Source: Victivallales bacterium
GTDB taxonomy: Bacteria > Verrucomicrobiota > Lentisphaeria > Victivallales > UBA1829
Length of the DNA stretch: 54,719 bases
Assembly (NCBI GenBank): GCA_045114235.1
Contig: JBGUKB010000047.1
Coordinates: 1 to 54,719, forward strand
Direction: 5' to 3'
Positions within the stretch are counted from its first letter, which is position 1. The number at the start of each line of letters is the position of its first letter. Shown here piece by piece: positions 34,940-43,776 of this stretch. The notes under the pieces were generated by a model. That model saw only the letters and a list, made by a program, of their open reading frames with translations. It was not told where the DNA came from and ran no database searches. A program made the translations under genes and the position numbers.

Positions 34940-37936
34940 ATGAATGATCTGCCCGCAACCGGGGAGCGTTTCATCCCGGAAAAGATGAACGATCCCGCCA
35001 CCATGACGGAACACTATCAGCGGTACAATACGGCATTGTCCCTGGTGAAGGACAAGACCGTCCTGGACATCGCGTCGGGCGCCGGGTACGGGACTCATTT
35101 CTTAGCCTCGGCGGCACGGATGGCATACGGGGTCGAGATCGATCAGGACGCCGTGGATTATTCCAGGGCGCATTATGCCAAAAGCAATCTGAAGTATTTA
35201 CAGGGAAGCGTGGACAGCATCCCCCTGGAAGACCATTCCGTGGACGTCGTCGTCTCGTTCGAGACGATCGAGCATGTGAGCGCCGAACTGCAAATTCGCA
35301 TGATGGAGGAGATCAAACGCGTCCTGAAAGACGACGGGATCCTGTTCATTTCCTCTCCCGAGAAGCATTATTACTCGGAAGAACGCGACTATGTCAATCC
35401 CTATCACGTGCACGAACTGTACGCATCGGAATTCAAGGCGCTTCTGGAGCGCTATTTCAGCCACATCAAATATGCCGGGCAGCGTTTCCTGAACGGCAGT
35501 TTTGCGGTTTGGGATGCGGATGCCCCGGGAAAAATGGTCCTGTATGACGGCCTGACCCAAACGGGATCCACGGAAATGAAAAGGCCGCACTATCTCCTGG
35601 CCATTGCGGGAAACGGGGCGCTCCCGGACATGTCCGACAGCTTCGTCGAAAGCAACCCCGGCTCCGTAGTCTGGCAGGAACAGACGAACATGATCGCCGA
35701 CTTGCAGGATCGACTGGCGGCAACGCAGGGCCAGTTGACGATGGCCCGGAACCAGCTGACGGCGATGCAGCAGCAGCAAATGGAGCTGCTTTCCTCGAAT
35801 TTCTACCGCGCATTCAACAAACTGCACAATGTTTATCTCCGGCTTTTCCCCCGCGAAACGATCCATGGCCGGCTGATGCGGAAACTGGTCGTGTTCGGCG
35901 TGCTGTCCTACAGGGGGCTGAAGCACGGGTTCAGGATCAGCGCAAACACAAACAGGAAATACTGTGTAAAGGATCCGGGGAAACGTTTTTTCAAGTCCTT
36001 CCGGACTAAAAGAGTCGTCGTTCCGTCTTTCGAAAAGCCGAGGGTCAGCATCATCATCCCGGTTTACAACCAGTTCGCATACACGTATTTCTGCATCAAG
36101 TCCATCGTCGAAAACGCCGGAGACGTCCCGTACGAGATCATTGTCGCGGACGACTGCTCCACCGACAGGACAACGAAAATAGCGGACTGCATCTCAAACA
36201 TCAAGGTATGCAGGACCGACCGGAACGTCCGGTTCCTTCTGAACTGCAACCATGCGGCGGAAACGGCGCAGGGCGAATTCATCCTCTTCCTGAACAACGA
36301 CACGTTCGTCCATCCCGGCTGGCTTTCCGCTCTTGTCGAAACGATGGACCGGGATCCCAAGGCCGGCATCGTCGGAGCAAAGCTCGTTTATGCGAACGGA
36401 GCCTTGCAGGAAGCCGGGGGGATCGTGTTCCGCGACGCTTCGGCATGGAATTACGGCAACGGCGAAAACCCGGATGTTTCGGAATACAATTACCGGAAGG
36501 AATGCGACTATACATCGGGCGCATCCCTCATGATCCGGGCGGCCCTGTGGAAAGAGATCGGCGGCTTCGACGAACGTTTCATCCCCGCCTACTACGAGGA
36601 TACAGACCTGTGTTTCGAGGCGCGCCGGCATGGATACAAGGTGGTCTACCAGCCCAAAGCCGTGGTCACCCATTTCGAGGGACGGTCCAACGGAACGGAT
36701 GTTTCCCGCGGCTTGAAAAAATATCAGGCGGACAACCAGAAGAAATTCGCGGACAAGTGGAAGGACGTTCTCGCGGAGCACTGCAACAACGGGGACAATG
36801 TCTTCACCGCCCGGGACCGCACCTCCGCGAAAGAGCACATTTTCATGCTGGACCACTATGTCCCCACGTTCGACCGGGACGCCGGAAGCAGGCAAATGTA
36901 CTGCTATGTCAAGATCCTTCAGGACCTCGGCTACATGATCCATCTTCTCGGCGACAACCGCCTCCATGACGAACCGTACACGTCCGCATTCCAGCAGCTC
37001 GGCGTGGAGGTCCTGTACGGAGGCGAATACGGCCCGAACAATCTGCTGAAATGGTTCCGGGACAACAACGGATTCATCCGCTATGCGTTCCTGAACCGGT
37101 ACCACATCGCGGTCAACTACTTCCCGCTCATCCGGCAGTATCCCGGCATCAAGCTTGTTTATTACGGCCATGACGTGGGGCACATCCGGCTTCAAAGGGC
37201 GTTCGAGGTCAGCGGCGACCAGTCTCTCCTCCCGGAGATCGCTTCGACGAAAAGGCAGGAAATGGCGCTGTATTCCTCCTCGGACGCCAACATGTGCGTC
37301 GGCGATTTCGAATACGAATATCTCAAAAAAGCATTCCCGGACATCCCTTTGTACAATATGCCCATCTTCGTTTACGACCAGTTCGTAGAATCCTGCGAGC
37401 CGTTCGAGAACCGGAAGGACCTGCTCTTCGTCGGCGGGTTCAATCATCCGCCGAACAAAGACGGCGTTTTGTGGTTTGTCAGGGACATCCTGCCCTCGCT
37501 GGTCGAGCAAATCCCGGACATCAAACTCCATATCGTCGGAAGCAATACGCCGAACGAGATCAGGAAACTGGCAGGAGAGCACGTCATTGTCGACGGTTTC
37601 GTTTCCGATGAGGAACTGAATTCGCTCTATCGCTCCTGCAGAGTAGTGGTGGCGCCGCTCCGGTATGGCGCGGGCGTCAAGGGAAAGATCATCGAAGCCC
37701 TTTACAACAGAAGCGCGGTCGTCACCACGTCCATCGGCGCGGAGGGGATCCCGTCCGAAAACAACCCCTTTGCGATAGCCGATACCCCGGAGGATTTCTC
37801 CAAAGCAGTCCTGGCCGCCTATACGGACCGCTCCGTTTGGGACGCGTATCTCAGGAATTCCCTGGAAATGATCAAGTCCGCGTATTCCTACGAAAAAGCG
37901 GTAAAACTGATGACGGAAATCTTTTCAAAAAAATGA
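34940..37936 (+). CDS. Multidomain SAM methyltransferase - coiled coil - GT2 - GT4 glycan synthase
   Basis: TGERFIP..EHYQRY, VLDIASGAGYG, SFETIEH; Gln-rich coiled coil; SIIIPVYN..DDCSTD..FLNNDT; FVGGFNHPPN..PLRYGAGVKGKI.EA. Start ATG 34940. Confidence 0.92.
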   Translation: MNDLPATGERFIPEKMNDPATMTEHYQRYNTALSLVKDKTVLDIASGAGYGTHFLASAARMAYGVEIDQDAVDYSRAHYAKSNLKYLQGSVDSIPLEDHSVDVVVSFETIEHVSAELQIRMMEEIKRVLKDDGILFISSPEKHYYSEERDYVNPYHVHELYASEFKALLERYFSHIKYAGQRFLNGSFAVWDADAPGKMVLYDGLTQTGSTEMKRPHYLLAIAGNGALPDMSDSFVESNPGSVVWQEQTNMIADLQDRLAATQGQLTMARNQLTAMQQQQMELLSSNFYRAFNKLHNVYLRLFPRETIHGRLMRKLVVFGVLSYRGLKHGFRISANTNRKYCVKDPGKRFFKSFRTKRVVVPSFEKPRVSIIIPVYNQFAYTYFCIKSIVENAGDVPYEIIVADDCSTDRTTKIADCISNIKVCRTDRNVRFLLNCNHAAETAQGEFILFLNNDTFVHPGWLSALVETMDRDPKAGIVGAKLVYANGALQEAGGIVFRDASAWNYGNGENPDVSEYNYRKECDYTSGASLMIRAALWKEIGGFDERFIPAYYEDTDLCFEARRHGYKVVYQPKAVVTHFEGRSNGTDVSRGLKKYQADNQKKFADKWKDVLAEHCNNGDNVFTARDRTSAKEHIFMLDHYVPTFDRDAGSRQMYCYVKILQDLGYMIHLLGDNRLHDEPYTSAFQQLGVEVLYGGEYGPNNLLKWFRDNNGFIRYAFLNRYHIAVNYFPLIRQYPGIKLVYYGHDVGHIRLQRAFEVSGDQSLLPEIASTKRQEMALYSSSDANMCVGDFEYEYLKKAFPDIPLYNMPIFVYDQFVESCEPFENRKDLLFVGGFNHPPNKDGVLWFVRDILPSLVEQIPDIKLHIVGSNTPNEIRKLAGEHVIVDGFVSDEELNSLYRSCRVVVAPLRYGAGVKGKIIEALYNRSAVVTTSIGAEGIPSENNPFAIADTPEDFSKAVLAAYTDRSVWDAYLRNSLEMIKSAYSYEKAVKLMTEIFSKK

Positions 37937-37995
37937 GAACCAAACATTCAAGCCGCGGATGAACGGCCTGCGGCTTTCGCTTTGCTCCCGAAACC

Positions 37996-38922
37996 ATGTT
38001 TGACCTGCAGATACTTTTAGCCACCTACAACTCCTCGCGGTTCCTGCGCGAACAGCTGGATTCCATCCTGGCGCAGGACTGCCGGGATTTCGAGCTCCTG
38101 ATCCGGGACGGCGGCTCCACCGACGACACCGTCGGGATCATCGGCGAGTATCAGGATAAATACCCGGAAACGATCCGTTTTTTGGGACAGTTTCCCGCCA
38201 GGGCCCCGGAGAATTTCGCCGCGCTGCTGGCCGCGTCTTCGGCTCCGCTGATCATGTTCAGCGACCATGACGACGTCTGGAAGCCGAACAAAGTCCGGGT
38301 CACCCTGAAGAAATACCGCGAGCTGGAAGCCGAATACGGGAGCGGCATGCCGATCATGGTCTTTACCGACTCCGAAGTGGTCGACTCCGGACTGAACCTG
38401 ATCTCGCCCTCCATGTTCCGTTACCAGAACCTCGACGTGCATGCCATGACCTTGAACCGCCTGATCGTCCAGAACGTCCCGTCCGGCAACACTATGCTCG
38501 TGAATCGGGCGCTCGTCGAACTCGCCTCGCCGGTCCCGGCCGCCGCCGTCATGCACGACCACTGGCTGACCCTCGTCGCCGCGACCATGGGCAAAATCGG
38601 ATTCCTCGCGGAGCCGACCGTGTCCTACCGCCAGCACACGGACAACTTCTACGGCGCCGCAAGTTATTCCATCCCCGCATTTCTGTATAAATTGAGCTTC
38701 GGAAGGGAAAAGATCAGGAGACGGTTCCAGCAGAACATCGACCAGGCGGTCGAGTTCGGCAGACGATATGCCGACTCTCTGAGCAGAAAAGACCGGGAAA
38801 TGCTGGAGGACCTGGCCGCTTTTCAGACGCTCGGCTTCTGGGGACGCAGGAAGGTCCTGTGGAAGCACGGCATGCGGAAGTCGGGGATCCTGCGCAACAT
38901 CGGGACGTTCCTGTTCATCTAA
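37996..38922 (+). CDS. Glycosyltransferase family 2 (rhamnosyltransferase-like)
   Basis: ILLATYN, EQLDSIL.Q, RDGGSTD, FSDHDDVW, MHDHW, YRQH. Confidence 0.9.
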   Translation: MFDLQILLATYNSSRFLREQLDSILAQDCRDFELLIRDGGSTDDTVGIIGEYQDKYPETIRFLGQFPARAPENFAALLAASSAPLIMFSDHDDVWKPNKVRVTLKKYRELEAEYGSGMPIMVFTDSEVVDSGLNLISPSMFRYQNLDVHAMTLNRLIVQNVPSGNTMLVNRALVELASPVPAAAVMHDHWLTLVAATMGKIGFLAEPTVSYRQHTDNFYGAASYSIPAFLYKLSFGREKIRRRFQQNIDQAVEFGRRYADSLSRKDREMLEDLAAFQTLGFWGRRKVLWKHGMRKSGILRNIGTFLFI

Positions 38923-39006
38923 CGGAACGGGAAAGCATTGTTTCCGTTGCCGCCGCGCCGCCCGGTCCCGCCTGCATTTTTCCGCGCAAAAAGCCCTTTC
39001 CCCGAC

Positions 39007-39088
39007 TTGAAATCCGGCGAAGCGGTGCTATTGTATTTAGAAAAAGATACAGTTATTTTCTCTCATTTTGACCTTTTGGTCAAAATGA
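39007..39088 (+). promoter_or_regulatory. Promoter and perfect palindrome upstream of the large surface protein
   Basis: TTGAAA-16-TATTGT with TGn; TCATTTTGACC-tttt-GGTCAAAATGA at 39063-39088; AAGGAG RBS. Confidence 0.55.
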
Positions 39089-39109
39089 TTCAGCACAAGG
39101 AGCCTGATT

Positions 39110-42100
39110 ATGGATACCCTCATTATTTCCAGCGGAGTCGTCTCCTCCGGACTTACCGCCGACAGCACCAGGGATATCATGGTCCTGGGGGGCGGAACGG
39201 TTACCGATTCCATCGCCACGGACAGCGGTATGATCTATACGGATTCCGACTATGAGAATCCGGAAACCAACGTCCACGGCGGCACGCTTCAGAGTATCAC
39301 CGCGAATGGTGGCGAAGTCTGGGTCTTCAACTACGGATCCGCCCTGGACATCACGGCAGTAAACGGCGGATATTTCTATGTCGCCGAGGGAAGCCTGAGC
39401 AAAGGGCTCGCCCATAGCGGCGGAAACGGCCTCGTCTATGCCGACGCGACCGCCGACCAAGTCACCGTGGCGGACGGCGGCAAATTCTACAATCTCGGCG
39501 GAAAAGTCAAGAACACGGTCGTTTCGAGCGGAGGGTCGTTTGTCGTCCAGTTTGCCACGGCGGAAACCTCCGGGACCAATGTCCTCGCGGGTGGCGTCAT
39601 GCGCATCGTCGCAGCGTCCAGCGGGGCGGCCTTCGCAGGCAAAGCGACCGGCACGATTGTAAACGGGGGATTCCTCGAGGTCGAATCCGGCACGGCGGAA
39701 AAGACGGTCATCTCCGCCGGGTCCATGCGCGTGAACAAGTCCAACACGGTCGACAGCGTGACGCTGATCGGCGGCTATCTGGAAGTCAACGAAGCGACGG
39801 CCAACGCGACCGTCATCAGCGGCGGGTCCATGCGCGTGTCCTCCGGCGGCATCGCGCAGGGCACCATCGTGAGCGGCGGCATTTTTGAAATCGGTTCGGC
39901 TTCGGGAAGCGGGACCGTCGTGAACGGCGGCATCATGCGCGTATCTTACGCCGGATCGATCCAGAACACGACGGTGAACGCGGGACAGTTCGAAGTGGTC
40001 TCCGGCGCGGCAGCAAGCACGACGATCCTGACCGGCGCCGCGACGCTCACGGGAGCAACCGTTTCCGACCTCAATCTCGGAAGCGCCGTCACGGCCGCGA
40101 TGGACAGCGCCTCCATCCTCTCCGGCAAGGCGGCGTTCGAAGCAGGCGCCAGCATCACGATCACCGGCGGCACCATCGCGTTCGATACCGCGCTCACGAC
40201 CGCGGAAACCGCCCAGATCACCGGCTTCTCCGCCGTCGCGAACAGCGCGGACGCGGCCTATACGCTGACCGTGGCGGAAGCAGAAGACATCAAGGGTGAC
40301 TACCTGCTCGCGACCGACGCCGCCGGGTTCAATGGCGAAGTCGCGTTCGGCGAATACACGCTGGCGATCGGAAAGAAAGCCGTGCTGGTGGACGGCCTGT
40401 ATTACTCGATTTCCCTGAACGCCGCCAACGGCCTCGTTCTGTCGATCACGGAAGAGCCTCCGGCGCTCCCGACCCTGGTCTATGTGAACAGCGACTGGAT
40501 CGACCTGGCCCCGGGCGACACCGTCACCATCGGGGATGTTACGGCAAAGATCGGCTACGACGCGTTCGCCACGGGTGACGAGGCCGTCGCCTTCATCGGC
40601 GGAGACACGAGCGTTTCCAGAAACCTCACCTTCCTCAGCGACGGAAGCCTGGCGTCCCACCTCGGATTCGACAGCATCACGCTCGACGCGGACAGTTTCG
40701 TCACGCTCGACACGACCTATACCGGCAAGACCATCACGATCGACGCGACCGGCTACGCGGACTTCACGAAGAAAGTCATGGCCGCGGACGGCGGCTACGC
40801 GCCGGAGGTCACGATCTCCGTGGTCGGAGAGGGCTTCGGCTACCAGATCCTCAAGGACGGCGTGACCCTGCTCGTCACCTCCGACCTCGTCGACGACACG
40901 TATGCGAACACCGAATGGACCGAGGAAAGCGTCAAGGGCATGTATATCGGTGACGTCGCCCTCGTCTGGGACAAGAACGCGTTCAATTCCTTCTCGAAGG
41001 CGGCGGCGGCGCTCGGCGAAGACGGCACCCTCTATATCGAAGGCGGCACTTCCTCCGAAGCGGTCGCGCTGACCAGGGAAAACGACGTGGTCATCCGCGG
41101 GAACACGGCCGGGACCGTCGCCGGCAGCTTCGCAGGCTACGGCGGGACCCTCACGGTCGAAAACGACTTCTCCGCGACCGCCATTTCCGGGTTCTCCCTC
41201 CTGACCGTCAACGCGGGCTCCCTGACCGTCTCGGAAAGCATCAGCCTCACGAAAAACGGCATCCTCAACTTCGATCTTACGAATACCGTCGCGGGAAACA
41301 CCAAAGCGCTCGTGAACAACCTTTCTCTCGTCACGAACGATCCGAAGTACACGCTGACCGATCCGGCCGCGGCCGTGGGCACCTACCTGCTCGCCTCCGA
41401 CGCCGCAGTGTTCGACAGCGGCATCGAGTTCGGCATGTACACGCTGAAGGTCGGCGAACCGGTGGTCGTCGACGACGCATTCACCTACACGCTCGCCATT
41501 ACGGACAACAACGACCTGACTCTGACGGTCGCCGTCTATGTCCCGCCGAAACCGGACCTCGCCTACGTGAACAGCGCATGGTCCGACAAGAAAGAAGGGG
41601 ACACCGTCACGGTCAGCGGAAAGACCGCAACCATCGGATTCGACGCGTTCGCGACGCTGACGCCCGCCATCGCGGGCGTCTCGGACAACGGCGCGGTCGA
41701 AGTGGTCGGCGGCACGGTCTCCTTCGCCGACGGCTACAGCAAGACCATCACGGTCGACGCTGACGCCACCGTCATCGGCAAGGGGGCGTTCGTCACCCCC
41801 GTCACCGTCAACGGCACGATCGCGTTCGACACCGTCTTCGTGACGGCGGAATCGCCTCAGTTCACCGGATTCTCCAAGGTCGCCGGGACTGCGAAATACA
41901 CGCTGACCGACGCCGCCGCGAAGGAGGGCGTCTACCTGCTCGCCTCCGACGCCGCGACCTTCAGCAGCGACGTCACGTTCGGGACCTACACGCTGAAGCT
42001 CGGGGAATCCGTGCTCGTCGGCGAGTCCCTCACCTACACGCTCGGCATCACGGACAACAACGACCTCGCGCTGACGGTCGCCGCGTATGTCCCGCCGCCG

Positions 42101-43558
42101 CCGACAACCCCGACGCTCGCCTATGTGAACAGCGCGTGGTCCGACAAGAAAGCGGGCGACATCGTCACGGTCGGCGAAAAGACCGCCACCATCGGGTATG
42201 ACGCGTTCGCAACGCTGGCTCCGGCCATCGCGGGCGTCACGGACGACGGCACGGTCGAAGTGGTCGGCGGCACGGTCTCCTTCGCCGACGGCTACAGCAA
42301 GACCGTCACGGTCGACGCGGGCGCCACAGTCGTCGGCAAAGCCACGTTCGACAAGGCTATCACCGTCAACGGCACCTTCGCGTTCGACACCGCCAGCGCC
42401 ACGGCGGAAGCGGCCCAGTTCGGCGGCTTCTCCAAGGTCGCCGGGACTGCGAAATACACGCTGACCGACGCCGCCGCGAAGGAGGGCGTCTATCTGCTCG
42501 CCTCCGACGCCGCGACCTTCAGCAGCGACGTAACGTTCGGCACCTACACGCTGAAGCTCGGCGAATCCGTGCTTGTCGGCGAGACCCTCACCTACACGCT
42601 CGGCATCACCGGCAACAACGACCTCACGCTGACGGTCGCCGCGTACGTCCCGCCCGCGACGCCCGCGAAGAGCGACATCGACGCGAACGGCGTCTCCGAC
42701 GTGATGTTCCAGTGGACCGGCGGACAGGGCCAGATCGGATTCTGGATGAACGGTACCAGCACGTGGAAGAGCACGAACACTCTCCACCCGGTCGACACAT
42801 GGGAAGTCCTCGGCGCGTACGACATGAACGCCAACGGCAAGGCTGATTCCGTCCTGGTCGGCAACGTGGTGGTCAGCGGCATCAAGGGCGCGTTCATCGG
42901 CTACTACGTCGATTCGGAAGACCTCGACGCCAACTGGATCAACATCAGCTACCTGACGAACAACGAGGGCTATGTCTGGAAGAACAAGGTCGGCAACCTG
43001 ACCGGAAACGAAGGCATGAACTCCATCGTCTGGCATACCACCGACCTCGGCGCGCTCGGCGTCTGGACCGACGGCACGGACAACTGGGTCAGCCTCGGCG
43101 CGGGGTTCGACGCCAACTGGGAAATGATCGGCTGCGGCGACTTCACCGGCTCCGGCAAGGACACCGTCCTGATGTCCTACGCGGGCGGCCAGGTGTTCTA
43201 CACCATCGGCATCGACGGCGCCGCCTCCGAGCTCACGAAGTCCGATCTCGGCTGGGTCGTCCGTGCGATCGGCGACTTCTCCGGCGACGGCAAGGACGAC
43301 ATCGTGGCGTTCCACGCCGAGACCGGCCTGGTCGCGATGTGGGGCGACGGCACCACCGCCAACTGGTCGCTTCTCGGCCAGCTCGACGCCGGAGACTGGT
43401 TCGTGGTCGGCGCGGGCGATTACAACGGCGACAAGCAGGATGACCTGCTGGTCCGCCAGTATTCGACCGGCATGCTCGGCTACTACACCAGCGGCGACAT
43501 GGCGCAGTGGAACGTGCTCGGCTACGGCGTCGACATGAGCTGGACCGTCATCGCATAA
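39110..43558 (+). CDS. Large surface/adhesin-like protein: AIDA-like repeats, internal repeats and C-terminal FG-GAP/VCBS-like propeller
   Basis: N-terminal T-V-x-x-G-G repeats, YVNS.W..GDTVT..IG(Y/F)DAFAT repeats, six DxxGxG.DD-like motifs at the C-terminus. Confidence 0.88.
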   Translation: MDTLIISSGVVSSGLTADSTRDIMVLGGGTVTDSIATDSGMIYTDSDYENPETNVHGGTLQSITANGGEVWVFNYGSALDITAVNGGYFYVAEGSLSKGLAHSGGNGLVYADATADQVTVADGGKFYNLGGKVKNTVVSSGGSFVVQFATAETSGTNVLAGGVMRIVAASSGAAFAGKATGTIVNGGFLEVESGTAEKTVISAGSMRVNKSNTVDSVTLIGGYLEVNEATANATVISGGSMRVSSGGIAQGTIVSGGIFEIGSASGSGTVVNGGIMRVSYAGSIQNTTVNAGQFEVVSGAAASTTILTGAATLTGATVSDLNLGSAVTAAMDSASILSGKAAFEAGASITITGGTIAFDTALTTAETAQITGFSAVANSADAAYTLTVAEAEDIKGDYLLATDAAGFNGEVAFGEYTLAIGKKAVLVDGLYYSISLNAANGLVLSITEEPPALPTLVYVNSDWIDLAPGDTVTIGDVTAKIGYDAFATGDEAVAFIGGDTSVSRNLTFLSDGSLASHLGFDSITLDADSFVTLDTTYTGKTITIDATGYADFTKKVMAADGGYAPEVTISVVGEGFGYQILKDGVTLLVTSDLVDDTYANTEWTEESVKGMYIGDVALVWDKNAFNSFSKAAAALGEDGTLYIEGGTSSEAVALTRENDVVIRGNTAGTVAGSFAGYGGTLTVENDFSATAISGFSLLTVNAGSLTVSESISLTKNGILNFDLTNTVAGNTKALVNNLSLVTNDPKYTLTDPAAAVGTYLLASDAAVFDSGIEFGMYTLKVGEPVVVDDAFTYTLAITDNNDLTLTVAVYVPPKPDLAYVNSAWSDKKEGDTVTVSGKTATIGFDAFATLTPAIAGVSDNGAVEVVGGTVSFADGYSKTITVDADATVIGKGAFVTPVTVNGTIAFDTVFVTAESPQFTGFSKVAGTAKYTLTDAAAKEGVYLLASDAATFSSDVTFGTYTLKLGESVLVGESLTYTLGITDNNDLALTVAAYVPPPPTTPTLAYVNSAWSDKKAGDIVTVGEKTATIGYDAFATLAPAIAGVTDDGTVEVVGGTVSFADGYSKTVTVDAGATVVGKATFDKAITVNGTFAFDTASATAEAAQFGGFSKVAGTAKYTLTDAAAKEGVYLLASDAATFSSDVTFGTYTLKLGESVLVGETLTYTLGITGNNDLTLTVAAYVPPATPAKSDIDANGVSDVMFQWTGGQGQIGFWMNGTSTWKSTNTLHPVDTWEVLGAYDMNANGKADSVLVGNVVVSGIKGAFIGYYVDSEDLDANWINISYLTNNEGYVWKNKVGNLTGNEGMNSIVWHTTDLGALGVWTDGTDNWVSLGAGFDANWEMIGCGDFTGSGKDTVLMSYAGGQVFYTIGIDGAASELTKSDLGWVVRAIGDFSGDGKDDIVAFHAETGLVAMWGDGTTANWSLLGQLDAGDWFVVGAGDYNGDKQDDLLVRQYSTGMLGYYTSGDMAQWNVLGYGVDMSWTVIA
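41561..42660 (+). repeat. Two tandem ~558-bp (186-aa) repeats in the surface-protein gene
   Basis: gcctacgtgaacagcgcatggtccgacaag at 41561 recurs at 42119; long identical stretches (FSKVAGTAKYTLTDAAAKEGVYLLASDAATFSSDVTFGTYTLKLGESVLVGE). Confidence 0.9.
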
Positions 43559-43590
43559 ACTTCGGCGACCAGCCACGAACAAAACACAAT

Positions 43591-43626
43591 GCCTCCTCCG
43601 CAAATTGCGGCGGGGGCTTTTCTTTA
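43591..43626 (+). terminator. Intrinsic terminator after the surface protein
   Basis: gcctcc.ccgca / tgcgg.gggggc stem plus T-rich tail. Confidence 0.65.
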
Positions 43627-43690
43627 TAACAGAATAGCAACAGGCACGGCTCACCGGACTCGTCTATGCCCGGCGAAGCTTTTTGGCGAT

Positions 43691-43732
43691 AAAAAACGCA
43701 GGGCGGGGACCGGGGAAGGTCGCCGCCCTGCG
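43691..43732 (-). terminator. Intrinsic terminator after GH97
   Basis: cgcagggcgg...ccgccctgcg stem plus T6 on the minus strand. Confidence 0.7.
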
Positions 43733-43776
43733 GGCAATCCGAGGAAGCTGTTTCAGCTTACTTCTTTGCGGATCAG

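Noticed and set aside
39080-43654. 1524-aa minus-strand ORF
   Set aside because: Shadow of the surface-protein gene, which has the RBS, promoter and recognisable repeats.
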